Assembly (NCBI RefSeq): GCF_963506605.1
Contig: NC_083287.1
Span: forward strand, 58,590,001-58,654,000
Length of the DNA stretch: 64,000 nucleotides
From: Zootoca vivipara
Taxonomy: Eukaryota
Direction: 5' to 3'
The notes under the pieces were generated by a model. It made no database searches, was not told where the DNA came from, and worked only from the letters and a program-made list of their open reading frames with translations. The translations under genes were made by a program, and so were the position numbers. Below, one piece after another: positions 45,880 to 59,641 of this stretch. Numbering within the stretch: the first letter of the stretch is position 1; each line of letters begins with the position of its first letter.

Positions 45880-46095
45880 TATACAGGGCCTAAGCCATTT
45901 GGGGCTTTAAAGGTCAGCACCAACATTTTGAATTGTCCTTGGAAACTTACTGGGAGCCAGTGTAGGTATTTCAGGACTGGTGTTATATGGTCCCGGCAGC
46001 CGCTCCCAGCCACCAGTCTGGCAGCCACATTCTGGATTAGTTGTAGTTTCCGAGTCACCTTCAAAGGTAGCCCCATGTAGAGCTCATTGCAGTAA
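45880..46095 (-). mobile_element. L2 LINE fragment
   Basis: KLQLIQNVAARLV..HITPVLKYLHWLPV. Confidence 0.8.
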
Positions 46096-47050
46096 TGTTT
46101 ATCGTCCCAATATGGACTCTCCATAAATGTTTTATGATTATTTTGGACACCTGAATGGTGGTAATTATGATGAGTTAATAATAGCAGGGGATTTTAATTA
46201 AACATTTTCCTATCCTAACCTAGATAGAAATACACCAACAAAGAAAAAGAATTAGTGAGGTTAGACAATCGGGAAACATGAATGAATTGAATTTAATAAA
46301 TCCTTGGCCCTTGATATATCCTCCTGTGGCAATTTACCTCTATGCCACTGGCCCTTGCTCAGGTGAGGAAACAAAGCTTTAAATAATGGCAAAACCAAGA
46401 GAGCAAACAAAAGTGTCCTGTTGGGACTTGGTTTATTAAAACTATTGCACAATACGATAGGGCAGATTTGCTGGCTGGAAAAGACTGCCCCAAAGGAACA
46501 TTTGAAAAAAGCTTTTATAGGGTTTTATACACATAGCTGATATACATCACAAAACATGACTGCATACATCAAAAGAGGTCACAGGTAAAGGAGTGTAAAA
46601 GTTCTGGCTCCACTCTGTTTTCATCTCCCCTCATTTATCTTGGGGAACCCCAACCCTTAAGTTTCGGCTTTTGCACTTAGCCTCCAGTTGCCTTCAGCAA
46701 GGGGCCTTCCCAATACGTCCTTCCATGTCCCCGGAACGCTTCAAAGAGCTGCTTGCTTAGCACTCCAGTACTAATGCAAAACATCCCTCCTTGGTTGGGC
46801 ATTTGTGCCTTTCTAGTAATGCAAATAAACCTCCCACAATTCAGAGTCAGATCAGCATGGAACGCAGTGTAGACGTGTGGCATGAGAGATTTGCAAAATG
46901 TAGGAGCATAATAATCAAATAACTTATTGATATACTGTTACGTAATCCCATAAATGCATTAAACAACTAAAGCAAAATCTACCACCACTAACAGAAGATT
47001 CACTTTTCTCACATGTGCACGAGAATTTCTTTAGGTTTGATGGTTTTCTA

Positions 47051-47143
<93 letters not shown>

Positions 47144-47318
47144 TCAGCACTGTTGTGGCTTCTCCCATGGATGAATTCTTAGACTGGAAGTGAGATGGGG
47201 GCTCAGACTGAAGCTTTCTCTACACTGCAACTAGTGATACTGTTTCTCCCCTGTACTAATTTTTTGGTGGGAAGTGAGACTCATCTTGGAATTGAAGCTC
47301 TTTCCACATTCTAAGGAT

Positions 47319-50300
47319 TTAAAATGGTTCCTCCGTACTATGACTTCTTTCATGTGAAGTGAGACTTCTCTTACGACTGAAGCTGTTTCCACATTCCAAG
47401 CACTGATACAGTTTCTCCCCTGTATGAATTCTTTGATGCGAAGTGAGATTGGCTCTGTCACTAAAGCGCCTTCCACATTCAATGCACTGATATGGTTTCT
47501 CTCCTGTATGGATCCTTTGATGGGAAAGGAGATGGTGGCTGTGACTGAAGGTTTTTCCACATTCCAAGCACTGATATGGTTTCTCCCCTGTATGGATCCT
47601 TTGATGTGAAGCGAGATTGTTGCTCTGACTGAAGCTCTTTCCGCATTGCAAGCACCGATATGGCTTCTCCCCCGTATGAATTCTGTGATGCGAAGTGAGA
47701 TTGGTCCTGTCACTAAAGCGCTTTCCACATTTGGAACAGAGATACGGTTTCTCCCCTATATGGATTCTTTGATGGGAAGTGAGATGGGCACTTTGATGGA
47801 AGCCCTTTCCACATTCCAAGCAATAAAATATTTGTTCCCTTGTATGAATTTTTTGAGGGGCTGTGAGATTGGACATCACTGTGAAGTTTTGTCCCCATTC
47901 TAAGCACTGATGTGGTTTCCCTTCCGTATGAATTCTTCGATGGGAAGTGAGATGGGCCCTCTGACTGAAGCTCCTTCCACATTCCAAACACTTATAGGGT
48001 TTTCCCTCTATATGAATTATTTGATGGGAAGTGAGATGGGCCCTTTTACTGAAGGTCTTCCCACATTCTGAGCACTGATATGGTTTCTCCCCTGTATGAA
48101 TTCTTTGATGGGATGCGAGATGGGCACTCTGAGTGAAGCTCTTTCCACATTCCATGCACTGATACGGTTTGTCCCTGATATGAATTTTTTGATGGGCTGT
48201 GAGATTAGACTTCACACTAAAGCTCTTTCCACATTCTGAGCACCGATGTGGTTTCTCCCCTGTATGAATTCTTTGATGGGAAGTGAGATGGGCACTCTGA
48301 GTGAAGCTCTTTCCACATTCCAAGCACAGATACGGTTTCTCCCCTCTATGAATTCTTTGATGGGAAGTCAGACTATCCTTCCGACTAAAGTTCTTTCTAC
48401 ATTCCAAGCACTGATAGGGTTTCTCCCCAAAGGGATTTATTTGATGGGAAATGGAAATAAAGCACTGACTGAAGCTTCCTCCATGCTCCAAATGATTGTA
48501 TGGCCTCTGCCCTGTGTGGATTTTACCGTGGTCCCTCTTGTTCTTAATTTCCATTTCACCACTACCTGCAACAAAAAAAGACACAGATTAGAGTCTTGGT
48601 CATTCCAGTTCTTAATTTCCAATTCATCACCACCTGCAATGGACAAAGAAATGGATTACAGTCAGATTACAGGAAGAAATGGAGTTCAAATTATTGAACA
48701 ATGCTGATTTAACGCTTGTGATACAGGAAGATCTGAAGGGAATTAGGAGTCTTACTACAGGGATTACCACATTTGTTGAAAGGCATTAGCTAACATTTAT
48801 GGGAACCTGAGGTTTGAAAAGCCTGGCTCTTTTCTGGAGTGGACTTTGCTTGGCCCACTCATGGATTCAACACCAATTTCCAATGTCAGTCATCTCTTTA
48901 GTCAACTGTAATTGGACAGAAGCAAAAAACAAAAAACTGACAGAAACTACCACCACTTTTCTAACCACTCTCAAGCCTACATTTTAAAAATGTAGGCAGT
49001 TCAGACCAGCCCAATCATTTTTATTTGACTATCTTCTATAATGTGTAAAAAAGGAAAACTGGTGTGTTTGTGGGGTTTTTTTTGTGTGTGTGTGTGTCCA
49101 AATCGCCACTGCTGGGGGTTGCGCTCTTGAGCTCCAACAAAATATTGGAGGCTCGTGTATTGAATTTCAAAACAGATAATATAATCTGACAGGGAGCCTT
49201 ACTAAGAGAGGCCACGATCCCACGATTCTCCTTAATGACTTCCTTATGCAGAGCTCTCTGGTCAGGATCCAGCAACGCCCACTCCTCGTCTGTGAAATGA
49301 ACAGCTACATCTTCAAAGCACACCGGACCCTAAAATAAAAAGGGAAATGTCCTCTTCTTAGACAGCATGGCTGTGTTGTTTTAAGGGATTGTTTGGCTTC
49401 TTCTAACGACTTAATGGAATTCTTTTATTGTGTACTTTAATGATGACTATTTTAACAATAAGATTAGGGACGCAGGTGGTGCTGTGGTTTAAACCACTGT
49501 GCCGCTTGGACTTGCGGCTTGGAAGGTCGGTGGTTCAAATCCCCTCAACGGGGTGAGCTCCCATTGCTCGGTCCCTGCTCCTGCCAACCTAGCAGTTCAA
49601 AAGCATGAAGTGCATGTAAATAAATAGGTACCGCTTTGGCGGGAAGCTAAACGGCATTTCTGTCTGCTGCTCTGGTTCACCAGAAGCGGCTTAGTCATGC
49701 TGGCCACTTGACCCAGAAAAATTGTCTGCGGAAGCGGACAAATGCCGGCTCCCTCAGCCTGTAGAGCGAGTTTAGCACCGCAACCCCAGAGTCGTCGCGA
49801 CTGGACTTAACTGTCAGGGGTCCGTTTACCTTTACATATTTTAACAATGGGTACTACTTTTGAGGTAAATGGGTGGAACTCTGCATTGTGTTCTTCAAAT
49901 CACGCGGTCTCTGTAAGCATTCGTTTGCCAGATGGAAGGAGCCCCTCTCTCTGCTCCCTGTGCACCGTTCAGCAAGCAGAGGACCCTCCTGCTGCTCTAC
50001 TGCCAACTTCAATGGGGGGCATGGGGAGGAAAGCCCCACTGTGCACCTGCTGGGGCTGTTTAGGTGAATCCTGGTCAATGTTTTGGATGATTTGTCAACT
50101 GCTTAGAAGCCTATTTTAGCATTCAACAATCAATATAGAAATTAAACTGCAACTACTGTACTGATCAATAATACCAGCAACATTCAGAAGCCTAGTTAAG
50201 TGGAGGTGGCTGTTCATTAGTCTCAGGGGGATTCGTTCAGCCCCAGAGGCATCCTGCCTGCCCCGCCCCTCAGCCTCTTTCCCCACAATGCTCCTTCCTG

Positions 50301-51304
50301 CTACCTGATCTGGTTCCATAGCTGCTGCTTCCCTTCCACCACCATTAAAAGATGGATGAGGAGGTATTTCCAGCACCGTTCTGTCACCTGCAAGAGAGAA
50401 AGGTAAACAAGAAGCCATGAGTGCCTGCTTCTGTCAGAGGTGAAGCTATGCAGCTCTAAGTGCAGAGGGTCCATGCATTTGGACATCTGTACGCATTTCA
50501 TCTTTTAGCTATGTAAAAATACAGCTCCCCTCCTTTAGGCTCTTGGCCCCAAGTGTCTCTCCAAAAAGGTGGAAAAAACACACAATGTTATCAAAGAGAT
50601 AGAAAAACTAATTTCTCCTTACTCAGTGGCCTCTCTTCAGTCATCAATGGAATCCTCTCTGCCTCAAAGTGATTGGCAATCATTTCTGCAAATGGATATT
50701 TTCCCTGAAATAGCAACAAAGATTAAAACAGGAAATGGGAAGAACGCCTAGAAGAGGAATGGCAGAGGCAAAACCTTTTGGGGGCATCATAAATAATTCC
50801 TTGGAAGCTTAAAAAAAAGAAGTAGTAGAGATATTTTGGATACTCTCCCTCCTGTTCAGACCCCTTGAGAGTATCCAAAGTCTCTCTCACCTGCTGCTCT
50901 GCCTCCTTCCTCTCCTCTGTCTGACTCAGGAGGAATCCTTCGGCCAGGGCCACTGCCTGGGAACTGGTCTCCGCTCCACATTCCCTCACCCAGATCTCCA
51001 TCTCCGGTGGAAGGACAGCCAGGAACTGCTCCAAGATCACCAGGTCCAGCATCTCAGCTTTTGTGTGCCTTTCTGGCTTCAGCCACTGATGGCAAAGGTG
51101 ATAGAGATGGCTGCAAACTTCTCGGGGTCCTTTGGCCTCCTGGTAGCAGAACTGTCTGAACTGCTGGTTCTGCAAATCTGACTGGAGGGTGTCCTCCTCA
51201 CCCAGGATCTTCTGCACGGAGCGTTCCCATAATCCCCCACTGCTCCCAGTTTGGATGACATGGCCTCTTCCTGCTTCAGGGCCAGCTGAGTCTTGCTCAT
51301 CCAT
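47319..51304 (-). CDS. ZNF-C: SCAN-KRAB-C2H2 zinc finger protein (12 intact + 1 degenerate finger)
   Basis: Exons: SCAN 51304-50891, 50704-50623, 50387-50305, KRAB-A 49329-49203, ZNF 48565-47319; canonical GT-AG and open frame; ~3 decayed fingers after the stop (47070-47318). Confidence 0.9.
49466..49836 (+). mobile_element. Sauria SINE
   Basis: Typical head and (ACCTTT) tail; TSD TATTTTAACAAT. Confidence 0.9.
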
Positions 51305-53142
51305 CTGTGTTCTCAGGAAGCCTCCAAGAGATCAGAAGGAATTCTTTGGTCTTCTGCCAAGTTCTGTCTGTTCAAATTAGAAGTGATAACAAATTATGCA
51401 AAGCAAAGAAGAAAGAGGTTCCCTTAGCAAGTGCGGATGAGTCTTGCTTGGAACCAGGGTAAAAATTCCACCACAGCCCAGACGCTATGCTTCCCCCCAC
51501 CCTTTTTTTTAAAGGAAGGAGTAGAACCCCAATTTTTTAGTATAATCAGCCATGACAAAATCCAAAATAAAAACCACTAGAATGCCTACATTACGCAAAT
51601 CCACTTGAAAAAAAACACGTAAATGTAATAGGCGAAACGGGAATATCCAGGAACCACATTTTGTACATACTGGGCTTCGTGGTTAACTGAATAAGCTACA
51701 TTTTAATATGATATGTCCCGATGTTGACTGTGACGTAAATGAGAAGCTGTATCTAATTTTGAGAAGTAGTTTCTAGTAAATAACTTTACAATTGGTACTA
51801 TACAATTTTTTTGTGTGTGTGTGTTTTCAGTCAACAAATCAAGCCCGTGGGGGTCCTAATCCTGGGGTGCTCTAGGGCTGCTCCCCCCCCCACTTCAGTG
51901 CACATTTCTTTCCTGCTTCATTTTTTGTACTGGGAGTCTCCAATGTATTCCAGACAAGCTACAGGGGTGGGGTGCCCTTTTCTTTGTTCTCAGGGCCAGA
52001 TCCAAGCCCCCAAGGGCCAAGTGGGTGGTGCCAAATAATAGCCCTAAAATGAGTAAAGTAGGACTCACCTTCTTTCTGTGACTGTAAGATGTTTTAAGCT
52101 GTTTTTGATACTGTGTTTTAAAGGGCAGGTAATGAATGATGATGATGGCAATGTTACATAACGTAACCCACACACAGCCATATATGCTTGGGGGTTCTCT
52201 GGGGCCCAACATGGTCACTTGAGGCTCAGGTGGCCTCAGTGACTAGGAGTGTCCAGTTCCAGTTCCAGTCAGCTGACCAGCCACAGTGGGACAGAGATGA
52301 CAAGGTTGTGGGACTCCCTGGGTCAGATGGCATTATTGCAATGCCCTGTGGGTGGGCATTTCCTTCAGAAAGACAGAGTTTGCCCTTCCCCTTCTCCCCA
52401 ATATGCCCTCCCCCATGCATGAACTGAACAGCCCCCCTGCCACGCACCCCACCTGCAGCCCTGGGACCCCCTTCTCCCCAGTGCACCCTAAGTGGGGAGA
52501 GAGAGGAGACTCACCAGGTCCCAGGAGACGCCACCAAGGCAGAAGGGACTGTCAAAATATGCCCCCCTTTCCCTTGCAGGAAGGCACTGGGGGAGGGGCT
52601 TTTGCTCTGAAGGACCTCTCCCCTCTTTCATTTCCTCTGCTCTCTAGGAATCCAGCCCCGTTCCTTTTAACCCTTGGCAAGCCGAGCGCATCGAGTTCAC
52701 CCCTCTCTTCTCCTCTGCGCTTTCTCTCTCCAAAGCAAGAGCCCAGGAGGAAAGCAGCGCATTGCGCACACTCAGCTGTTGGAGGAGCAGCTGGCAAGGG
52801 AAAGGGCTGCGCCGGAAGCAGGAAGACCCGTCCTAGAATATTCGACTTGCAAGGGACCCGAGGGTCATCTAGTCCAACCCCCTGCAAGGCAGAATTCGCC
52901 ACCAAAGAATCCCTGGCAGATGCCCAGCCAGCCTATGCTTAAAATCCTCCACCATCTTCTGACCGTCAGAAAGTTTTTCCTTCTATGAAAAGGTCCCTCT
53001 CCCGCAAAGGAAAACCTCTCTGGGCGTGTGCAAAGGGCGGGGCTCCTCCCAGATTCATCATTTCGAGGGGCGGGGGCTGAGCTTGGGGCGCTCGGCCTCC
53101 CAAGTGTTGCAAGGAACTGAGTTGGATTCCTAGAGAGTAGAG

Positions 53143-53276
53143 CAGGCTTCCTCAACCTCGGCCCTCCAGATTTTTTGGCTTACAACTCCCATTATTCCTA
53201 GCTAGCAGGACCAGTGGTCAGGGATGATGGGAATTGTAGTTTCAAAACATCTGGAGGCCGAGGTTGCGGAAGCCTG
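53143..53276. mobile_element. hAT Charlie-type MITE
   Basis: TIRs; perfect TSD GAGTAGAG. Confidence 0.88.
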
Positions 53277-53357
53277 GAGTAGAGAGGAAAGGAAGGAGGG
53301 GGGACCAGGTCCCCCCCCAGCGAAAGCCCCTCCCTCCCAGTCAAAGTGTATTTAAAA

Positions 53358-53492
53358 CAGGCACCCCCAAACTTCGGCCCTCCTGATGTTTTGGACTACA
53401 ATTCCCATCTTCCCCGACCAATGGTCCTGTTAACTAGGGATCGTGGGAGTTGTAGGCCAAAAATCTGGAGGGCTGCAGTTTGGGGATGCCTG
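53358..53492. mobile_element. hAT Charlie-type MITE
   Basis: TIRs; TSD ATTTAAAA/ATTTAGAA. Confidence 0.85.
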
Positions 53493-54585
53493 ATTTAGAA
53501 ACACTTTGAGCAAGGGGTTGAAAGGAAGGGGGAGAAGATCACAATGTACTGTATATATTTTCCCCTGCCAGCTTTTCCTCTTGCTTTTTTTTTTGCCAAG
53601 GGAGGGAGCAGCTCACAGCCCATCCAGGAGGGTACCCCAAAATAAAGAATCTTTGGATGTGCGCAATGCGTGGGGCTCCTCCTGGGCGCCTGCTTTGGAG
53701 AGAGAGCGCAGAGAGGGAAGGGCGAGCTTGGGGCGCTTGGCTCTGCCAGGGTTACACGGAACGGAACCGGATTCCTAGAGAGGACAGAAAGAAAGGTGGG
53801 GGTGGGACCAGGTCCTCCCGATCCCAAGCCCCTCCCTCTCTCCCAAGGCGCTTCCTGCAAGCGGGGAGGGGGGGAGGCGGTGGATGTTTTGTCTGCCTCC
53901 TTTGCAAGCGCTGCCTCGGTGTCTCCTCCTGCAATCTGGTGAGTCTCTTCTCTTTCCTCCCTTTGGCTGGATGGGAGAGAAAGGGGGTCCCAGGGCTGCA
54001 GGCGAGGATGTACGCCCCCCCCCCAAATCAGGCAGTGGAGGGTCCTGCACCCCTTCGTTCCTTGCTCTCTGCAAAGCCAGGGGGCGGGTGATTTTGCAGG
54101 AGGTCTGCAACTGTCTTCTTCCTTTGTAGAAATGCGATGCTTGCTACTTGGGGAGAAAAAAATGGCATGCAAATGACCCCCGTTCAGATTTAGGAATGAG
54201 TCACATTTGGTCACAGAGGTTGTAGCCAGACGGAAACATTCGGACATAATGTACATAAAAAAATAAAGACGCGAATCTAACCTATGCAGTAAAGTTAGAA
54301 GATGGAGGGCAGCTAAACCTACGGAACTCCCTCCCGCAGGAGGCAGGGATGCCCCCCAAGCTAGATTGCTTTAAAAGCAGGATGAGGCCTATTCATAGAG
54401 GAGGAGAGGGCGATGGGAGGCTCCTAGCCACACTAGCCATGCTCTGCCCTCCACAGTCGGTGGCAGCGATGCTTCTGAATCCCAGTTGCTGGAAAAGCCA
54501 CCGGCAGGGAGAGAGATGCTCTTGGGCTCGGATCCGTCTGGTGGGCTTCCCAGAAGAGGCCCCTGTAAGAACAGGAGGGGGACTC

Positions 54586-56666
54586 GGGCTTCCGGATTCA
54601 GCGCCAGCGTCGATCGGCGGGGTTTCGTCTCGTCTCCGAGACGGCCCGTCTCTGCTAGGAGTGGGGAGGGCAGCGAGAGCAACGCTGCGCCCCTTAGAAC
54701 CTCGGGAAGGGCGTCCCGAGGGCAATTTGCTCGGCACAGACCCAATCCGGACTCCCCAACTCTTCGGTTAGCTCTAATAAGAGCTCCGGAGCGAGGAGGG
54801 TAGAAGTCGCGGGGGCCATTTTGAGCGGCAACGTTATTCTAGCAGGGAGAAGCTTCAAGCCGAAGGCGGAGAGCGCTGGATTCTTCCGAAAATAAAACGA
54901 TTGGAAAAGACTGTAAGTAACCTCACGATTTGGATTATAAAACAATTTGGTCTGGGAGAGAGGGGAGAAAAAAGGAAGCCACCCCCCCCCACGGCAACAA
55001 AGAGACAGTAAATAGAAACCCGAAGCCATAAACAGAAGATTTGTAATTCAAAAGGATCCCTCAAAGGCATCAAAGAGAATATCCCCTTTGATGCAGGGTG
55101 AAAAGGGGAGAGAGACTGTGGTTTATGACTGCCCTGCAGCAATGAGGTAAAGCCTAAGAAAAACCTTTCTTTCCCTCGGGAGCCGGCAGCCTAGGCAATT
55201 CAGTGAGTTGATCAGGATTTATAAGTCAATTTTTACTTCACTTTGTATTTCTGGACTTTGTGGAATTTCTTTTTTGGCTTAAGTGCTTGTGAAATGTGAG
55301 TTCGAACTTTATTGTTAACAAGACTTGAAGAATGCAGCCAGCTTGTTAAAATGGAGTCGAGAAAATAAACTGTGATCATATTCCACCCCACGTGATAAGT
55401 TTTGACCTTGGCAGGACTGAAATATGTCAACAAAAAAGTGTTCCCCTGAGTTCCAGCGGTCTGTTTTGACCTTAATGTGGGAAACAAGAATAGAGTTATG
55501 TCAAGAGGAGACACGACGACAGGAGTTACAGCAGAAATTTCAGGAGGTGATGGCGGAATATGATTTTCTAGGAGATGAAGCTTTTGACACTGAAAAAGAG
55601 CAATGTGAGAATGACAATGATGGGGAAGGAAAAGATGAAGATGAGGACTGTGATGATTCAACACAAAATGAAACACACCATGAAAAAAATGATGACTCTA
55701 CTCTACAAAAAGTTGGATGGAGTGCCCTGTCTTTGAGGGGGGCACGATTGGTATTATTGGAACTCCAGAACGCCCACAGGGAAGAAGGAAAAAATATGCA
55801 GAGAAGAGAAGAAATTCAGGGGTCCTGTATGGTGACCTGGATGGCAAGAGACTGTAAACAGGGGGTGGGGTGAAGGGAAAGTGATGTTGTGATTATAAGG
55901 ATGGATTAACAGGTTTATAACTGGTCTGCTGATTTTGGAATTTGCTGGATTGGGGGGGGTGGAGCCGGTAATCGGGGATGTAAGGTTAAATTGAGAATAG
56001 TTATAGTTTTAAAAGTGAATGGATTTTGGAAAATGTGAAAATATGGAGGCTTATAGAGGGAGAAAAAAAATTAGGCACGGGAAGAGAAAATGGGAGTTTG
56101 AATTTTCAGTGATTTGAATATTAGATGAAAATGTTAACAATTGATTTATAAGTTGTATAAGATACAAAGGTGTATTTTTATAAAGTAAGAAACTGTTGCA
56201 GATGATAAAAAAGGGATGAAAACCGGGGAAGGGGGGGAGGGGAAGCCCATAAAATATGGTTTTTCAACTATGAATGCAAGAAAAATTTTTCTGTTTTGTA
56301 TTGTTTTTTTCTTTTTCTTTTTTTTCTTCGCCCTTTCTTTTTCCCCTTTTTTTCCTATTTCTATTTTTCTCTTTTTTTGGTATAACAATAGATGGTTGGA
56401 TGGATGTCCTCCTGCGTACTGCCCTGGTTTGCTGGAGCTCCCTGGTGGCAGGGGGGGGCTTTGGGGTCAGGGGAGGGGGAGGAGGACAGAAATCCAAGCA
56501 TAAAATGGACCATTTCTGACTGTTCACAAACATGGGATACTTCTGTGGCAGGGGAGGACCCATGTGGGTGGGTAGGAAGGAGGTGGAAAAGGGGTTTAAG
56601 TATGTACCGTTTTTTTGTTTTTTTGTATTTTGTAAAATTAATAAAAAGTATGTTTAAAAAAAAAAA
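54586..56666 (+). mobile_element. ~2.1-kb non-autonomous L1-like retroelement with both ends
   Basis: 19-bp TSD AAGAACAGGAGGGGGACTC; starts GGGCTTCCGG in a CpG-rich 5' UTR; AATAAA plus poly(A); no RT. Confidence 0.75.
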
Positions 56667-57956
56667 AAGAACAGGAGGGGGACTCAATAGGGGACCCCCT
56701 TTGGCCTGATCCTGCGGCTGCAGGGCTCATGTTCTGATGCTGAGTTCCTCCGGATGCAAGCGAACCCTCCCTTGTCCTTCAGTTAGAAGGAAGGCTTTCC
56801 CCACCAGCCATTCATCAGACAGGGGTCTTATCCAGACTCCTGGCTGACCCATGTGCGCCCGTTCAGACATGCAGTCTCTCAGGTGTGCAGAGGATCTGCT
56901 GAGACTGAACAGAAAGCCCTGAACAGAGAACCACCAAGGAATCCAAGGCAGCAGGAGAGGCCCTGCTGGGAAGGAAGCAAAGCTGTGCTGGGGGTGGAAG
57001 GGGCAGTGCTGAGAGTTACTGGGAGACCCTCTCCCCACCAGCAATAATTCCCTGAGTTCCCTGGCAAGGAGGACGGGTTGCCTAGCCACTCCAAGGGGGT
57101 GTCTCCTAGCAACGCTCAGCACCCTTTACAAACTACGTTTCCCGGGATTCTATGGTCTCATCCTGCTTTGCAGATGCAGCGCAGAGGGAGGCCTGGGAGT
57201 GTGTGTTGTCTTTTTGGAATAATTTTAATTGAGTTTTATAACAAGGATCATAGGAATAATAACGGATACAAATAAATTGACCCAGTCTTCTCTTGTCATT
57301 TGTCCATCACAAAAATAGTGCAATAACTCTATGGGAATATCTACAACAGAGAGTTCATTCTTAGAGGTCAGATCGTGTCTGAGTTCTGGGTTTGTGATAG
57401 AAATGGTTCTACAATAGGAGGTAAAAGGCTTACCTTGGTTTCTGTTCCTTCCCTCTCCTCCTTTTACCTTGTTATGACCGGGGTTACAGTTACGGTAAAT
57501 GCTTTTAATACAACGCACCTTCCTTCTCAGCCTAATACTTGTTCCTGAGAAAGTGGTGTTGGGGGACAAGCATTAGGACCCCTGGGCGCTCACCTAGGGG
57601 TGTCTCAGGGCTCCGTCCTCTCCCCACTTTTTTAACTTTGCTTCACTCTGGGAAGCAGGTCACAGGAAAATGCGTATATTTCCCCTTGAATCCTTGAATC
57701 ACAGCATTTATAAAAAAAGTGTTTGTAATCATTTATGTAAACACTGCCAACAGTACCTTTTTGCCTGTGTTAAGAAAAGCTGAAATTTCTACAAAAATAT
57801 TCCTCTGCCCTGCAAGCAATGCATGGGCTGCTCTTCCACTCATAGCTCTATGGGCCCCTGTGTTCCAAAAGAAACCGGCAGTCCTGCCACTCACCACCTG
57901 CTCCAGGGCGGGGCCTGGTGGGCAGAGAGGGCTCCATTTTGTTTTGTTTTTTGTTT

Positions 57957-58931
57957 ATAGAATCATAGAATCATAGAGTTGAAAGAGACCACAAGGGCCA
58001 TCCAGTCCAACCCCCTGCCAAGCAGGAAACACCATCAAAGCATTCTTGACATATGCCTGTCAAGCCTCTGCTTAAAGACCTCCAAAGAAAGCGACTCCAC
58101 CACACTCCTTGGCAGCAAATTCCACTGCCGAACAGCTCTTACTGTCAGGAAGTTCTTCCTAATGTTTAGGTGGAATCTTCTTTCTTGCAGTTTGAATCCA
58201 TTGCTCCGTGTCCGCTTCTTTGGAGCAGCAGAAAACAATCTTTCTCCCTCCTCCATATGACATCCTTTCATATATTTGAACATGGCTATCATATCACCCC
58301 TTAACCTTCTCTTCTCCAGGCTAAACATACCCAGCTCCCTAAGCCGTTCCTCATAAGGCATCGTTTCCAGGCCTTTGACCATTTTGGTTGCCCTCTTCTA
58401 GACACGTTCCAGCTTGTCAGTATCCTTCTTGAACTGTGGTGCCCAGAACTGGACACAGTACTCCAGGTGAGGTCTGACCAGAGCAGAATACAGTGGTACT
58501 ATTACTTCCCTAGATCTAGATGCTATACTCCTATTGATGCAGCCCAGAATTGCATTGGCTTTTTTAGCTGCTGCATCACACTGTTGACTCATGCCAAGTT
58601 TGTGGTCAACCAAAACTCCTAGATCCTTTTCACATGTACTGCTCTCAAGCCAGGTGTCTCCCATCCTCTATTTGTGCCTTTCAACTTTTTTGCCCAAGTA
58701 TAGTACTTTACATTTCTCCTTGTTAAAATTCATCTTGTTTGCTTTGGCCCAGTTGTCTAATCTGTTAAGGTCATTTTGAAGTGTGATCCTGTCCTCTGGG
58801 GTGTTAGCCACCCCTCCCAATTTGGTGTCATCTGCAAACTTGCTCAGGATGCCCTCAAGCCTATCATCCAAGTCATTGATAAAGATGTTGAACAAGACTG
58901 GGCCCAAGACAGAACCCTGTGGCACCCCACT
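57957..58931 (-). mobile_element. Young CR1 LINE, 5'-truncated
   Basis: [28 protein letters not shown] through ORF2 end, (ATTCTATG)n tail; two in-frame stops. Confidence 0.95.
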
Positions 58932-59512
58932 AAATTGCTGTTATTTATTTGCTGTTTAAATTGCTGTTATTTTTTACCCATGTCATTTTAAACTGTATTA
59001 AGGCTGTATTCTTATTTTAAGATTTTGATTTATGTGGAAATTATTTTCCATTTGGTTGTGTATTTTTTGATGTGGTTTATATATTGTTTGTGACTTTTGT
59101 AATTCTGTAAATCTTGTCATGTTGTAAGCCGCCTTGAGCATTGTTTTTAACTGTGGAAAGGCAGCATACAAATATAAAATGATGACGATGATGATGAGGA
59201 GGGGTATTTTTCGTCCATCCGCCTCTCTCTGACCCACCCCTAAGGGATTTCCCACAGACCCAGGGGATCCCCTCAGGCCTTGTTATTCGTTTAGGGGTCC
59301 CCTTTTCCTAGCAGATCTCTCCCCTCCTGACTGGAAGGAGGAGACCCTGGTTTAGTCCTTCTTCCCACAGCTTCTCCCTCTCCTGCCTCCTCAGACTCAG
59401 CCCTCCAGATTAAATCCTGCCTCCATACTCTCCCCTGACCCTCCACTAGGTCATCTTCCTATCTAAGCTGCTGTGGGGCTCCTTTTCCTCTCAGATCAGA
59501 GCCAGTCCTCCC

Positions 59513-59641
59513 NNNNNNNNNNNNNNNNNNNNNNNNNNNNNNNNNNNNNNNNNNNNNNNNNNNNNNNNNNNNNNNNNNNNNNNNNNNNNNNNNNNNNNNN
59601 NNNNNNNNNNNNNNNNNNNNNNNNNNNNNNNNNNNNNNNNN
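59513..59641. other. Assembly gap (N run)
   Basis: Run of N. Confidence 0.99.

Larger units (their letters stand above)
52515..53938. promoter_or_regulatory. Head-to-head first-exon/promoter region of ZNF-C (-) and ZNF-D (+)
   Basis: Minus-strand donor at 52514, plus-strand donor CTG|GTGAGTC at 53939; mirror-image conserved modules; GC boxes at ~53035-53075. Confidence 0.6.
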
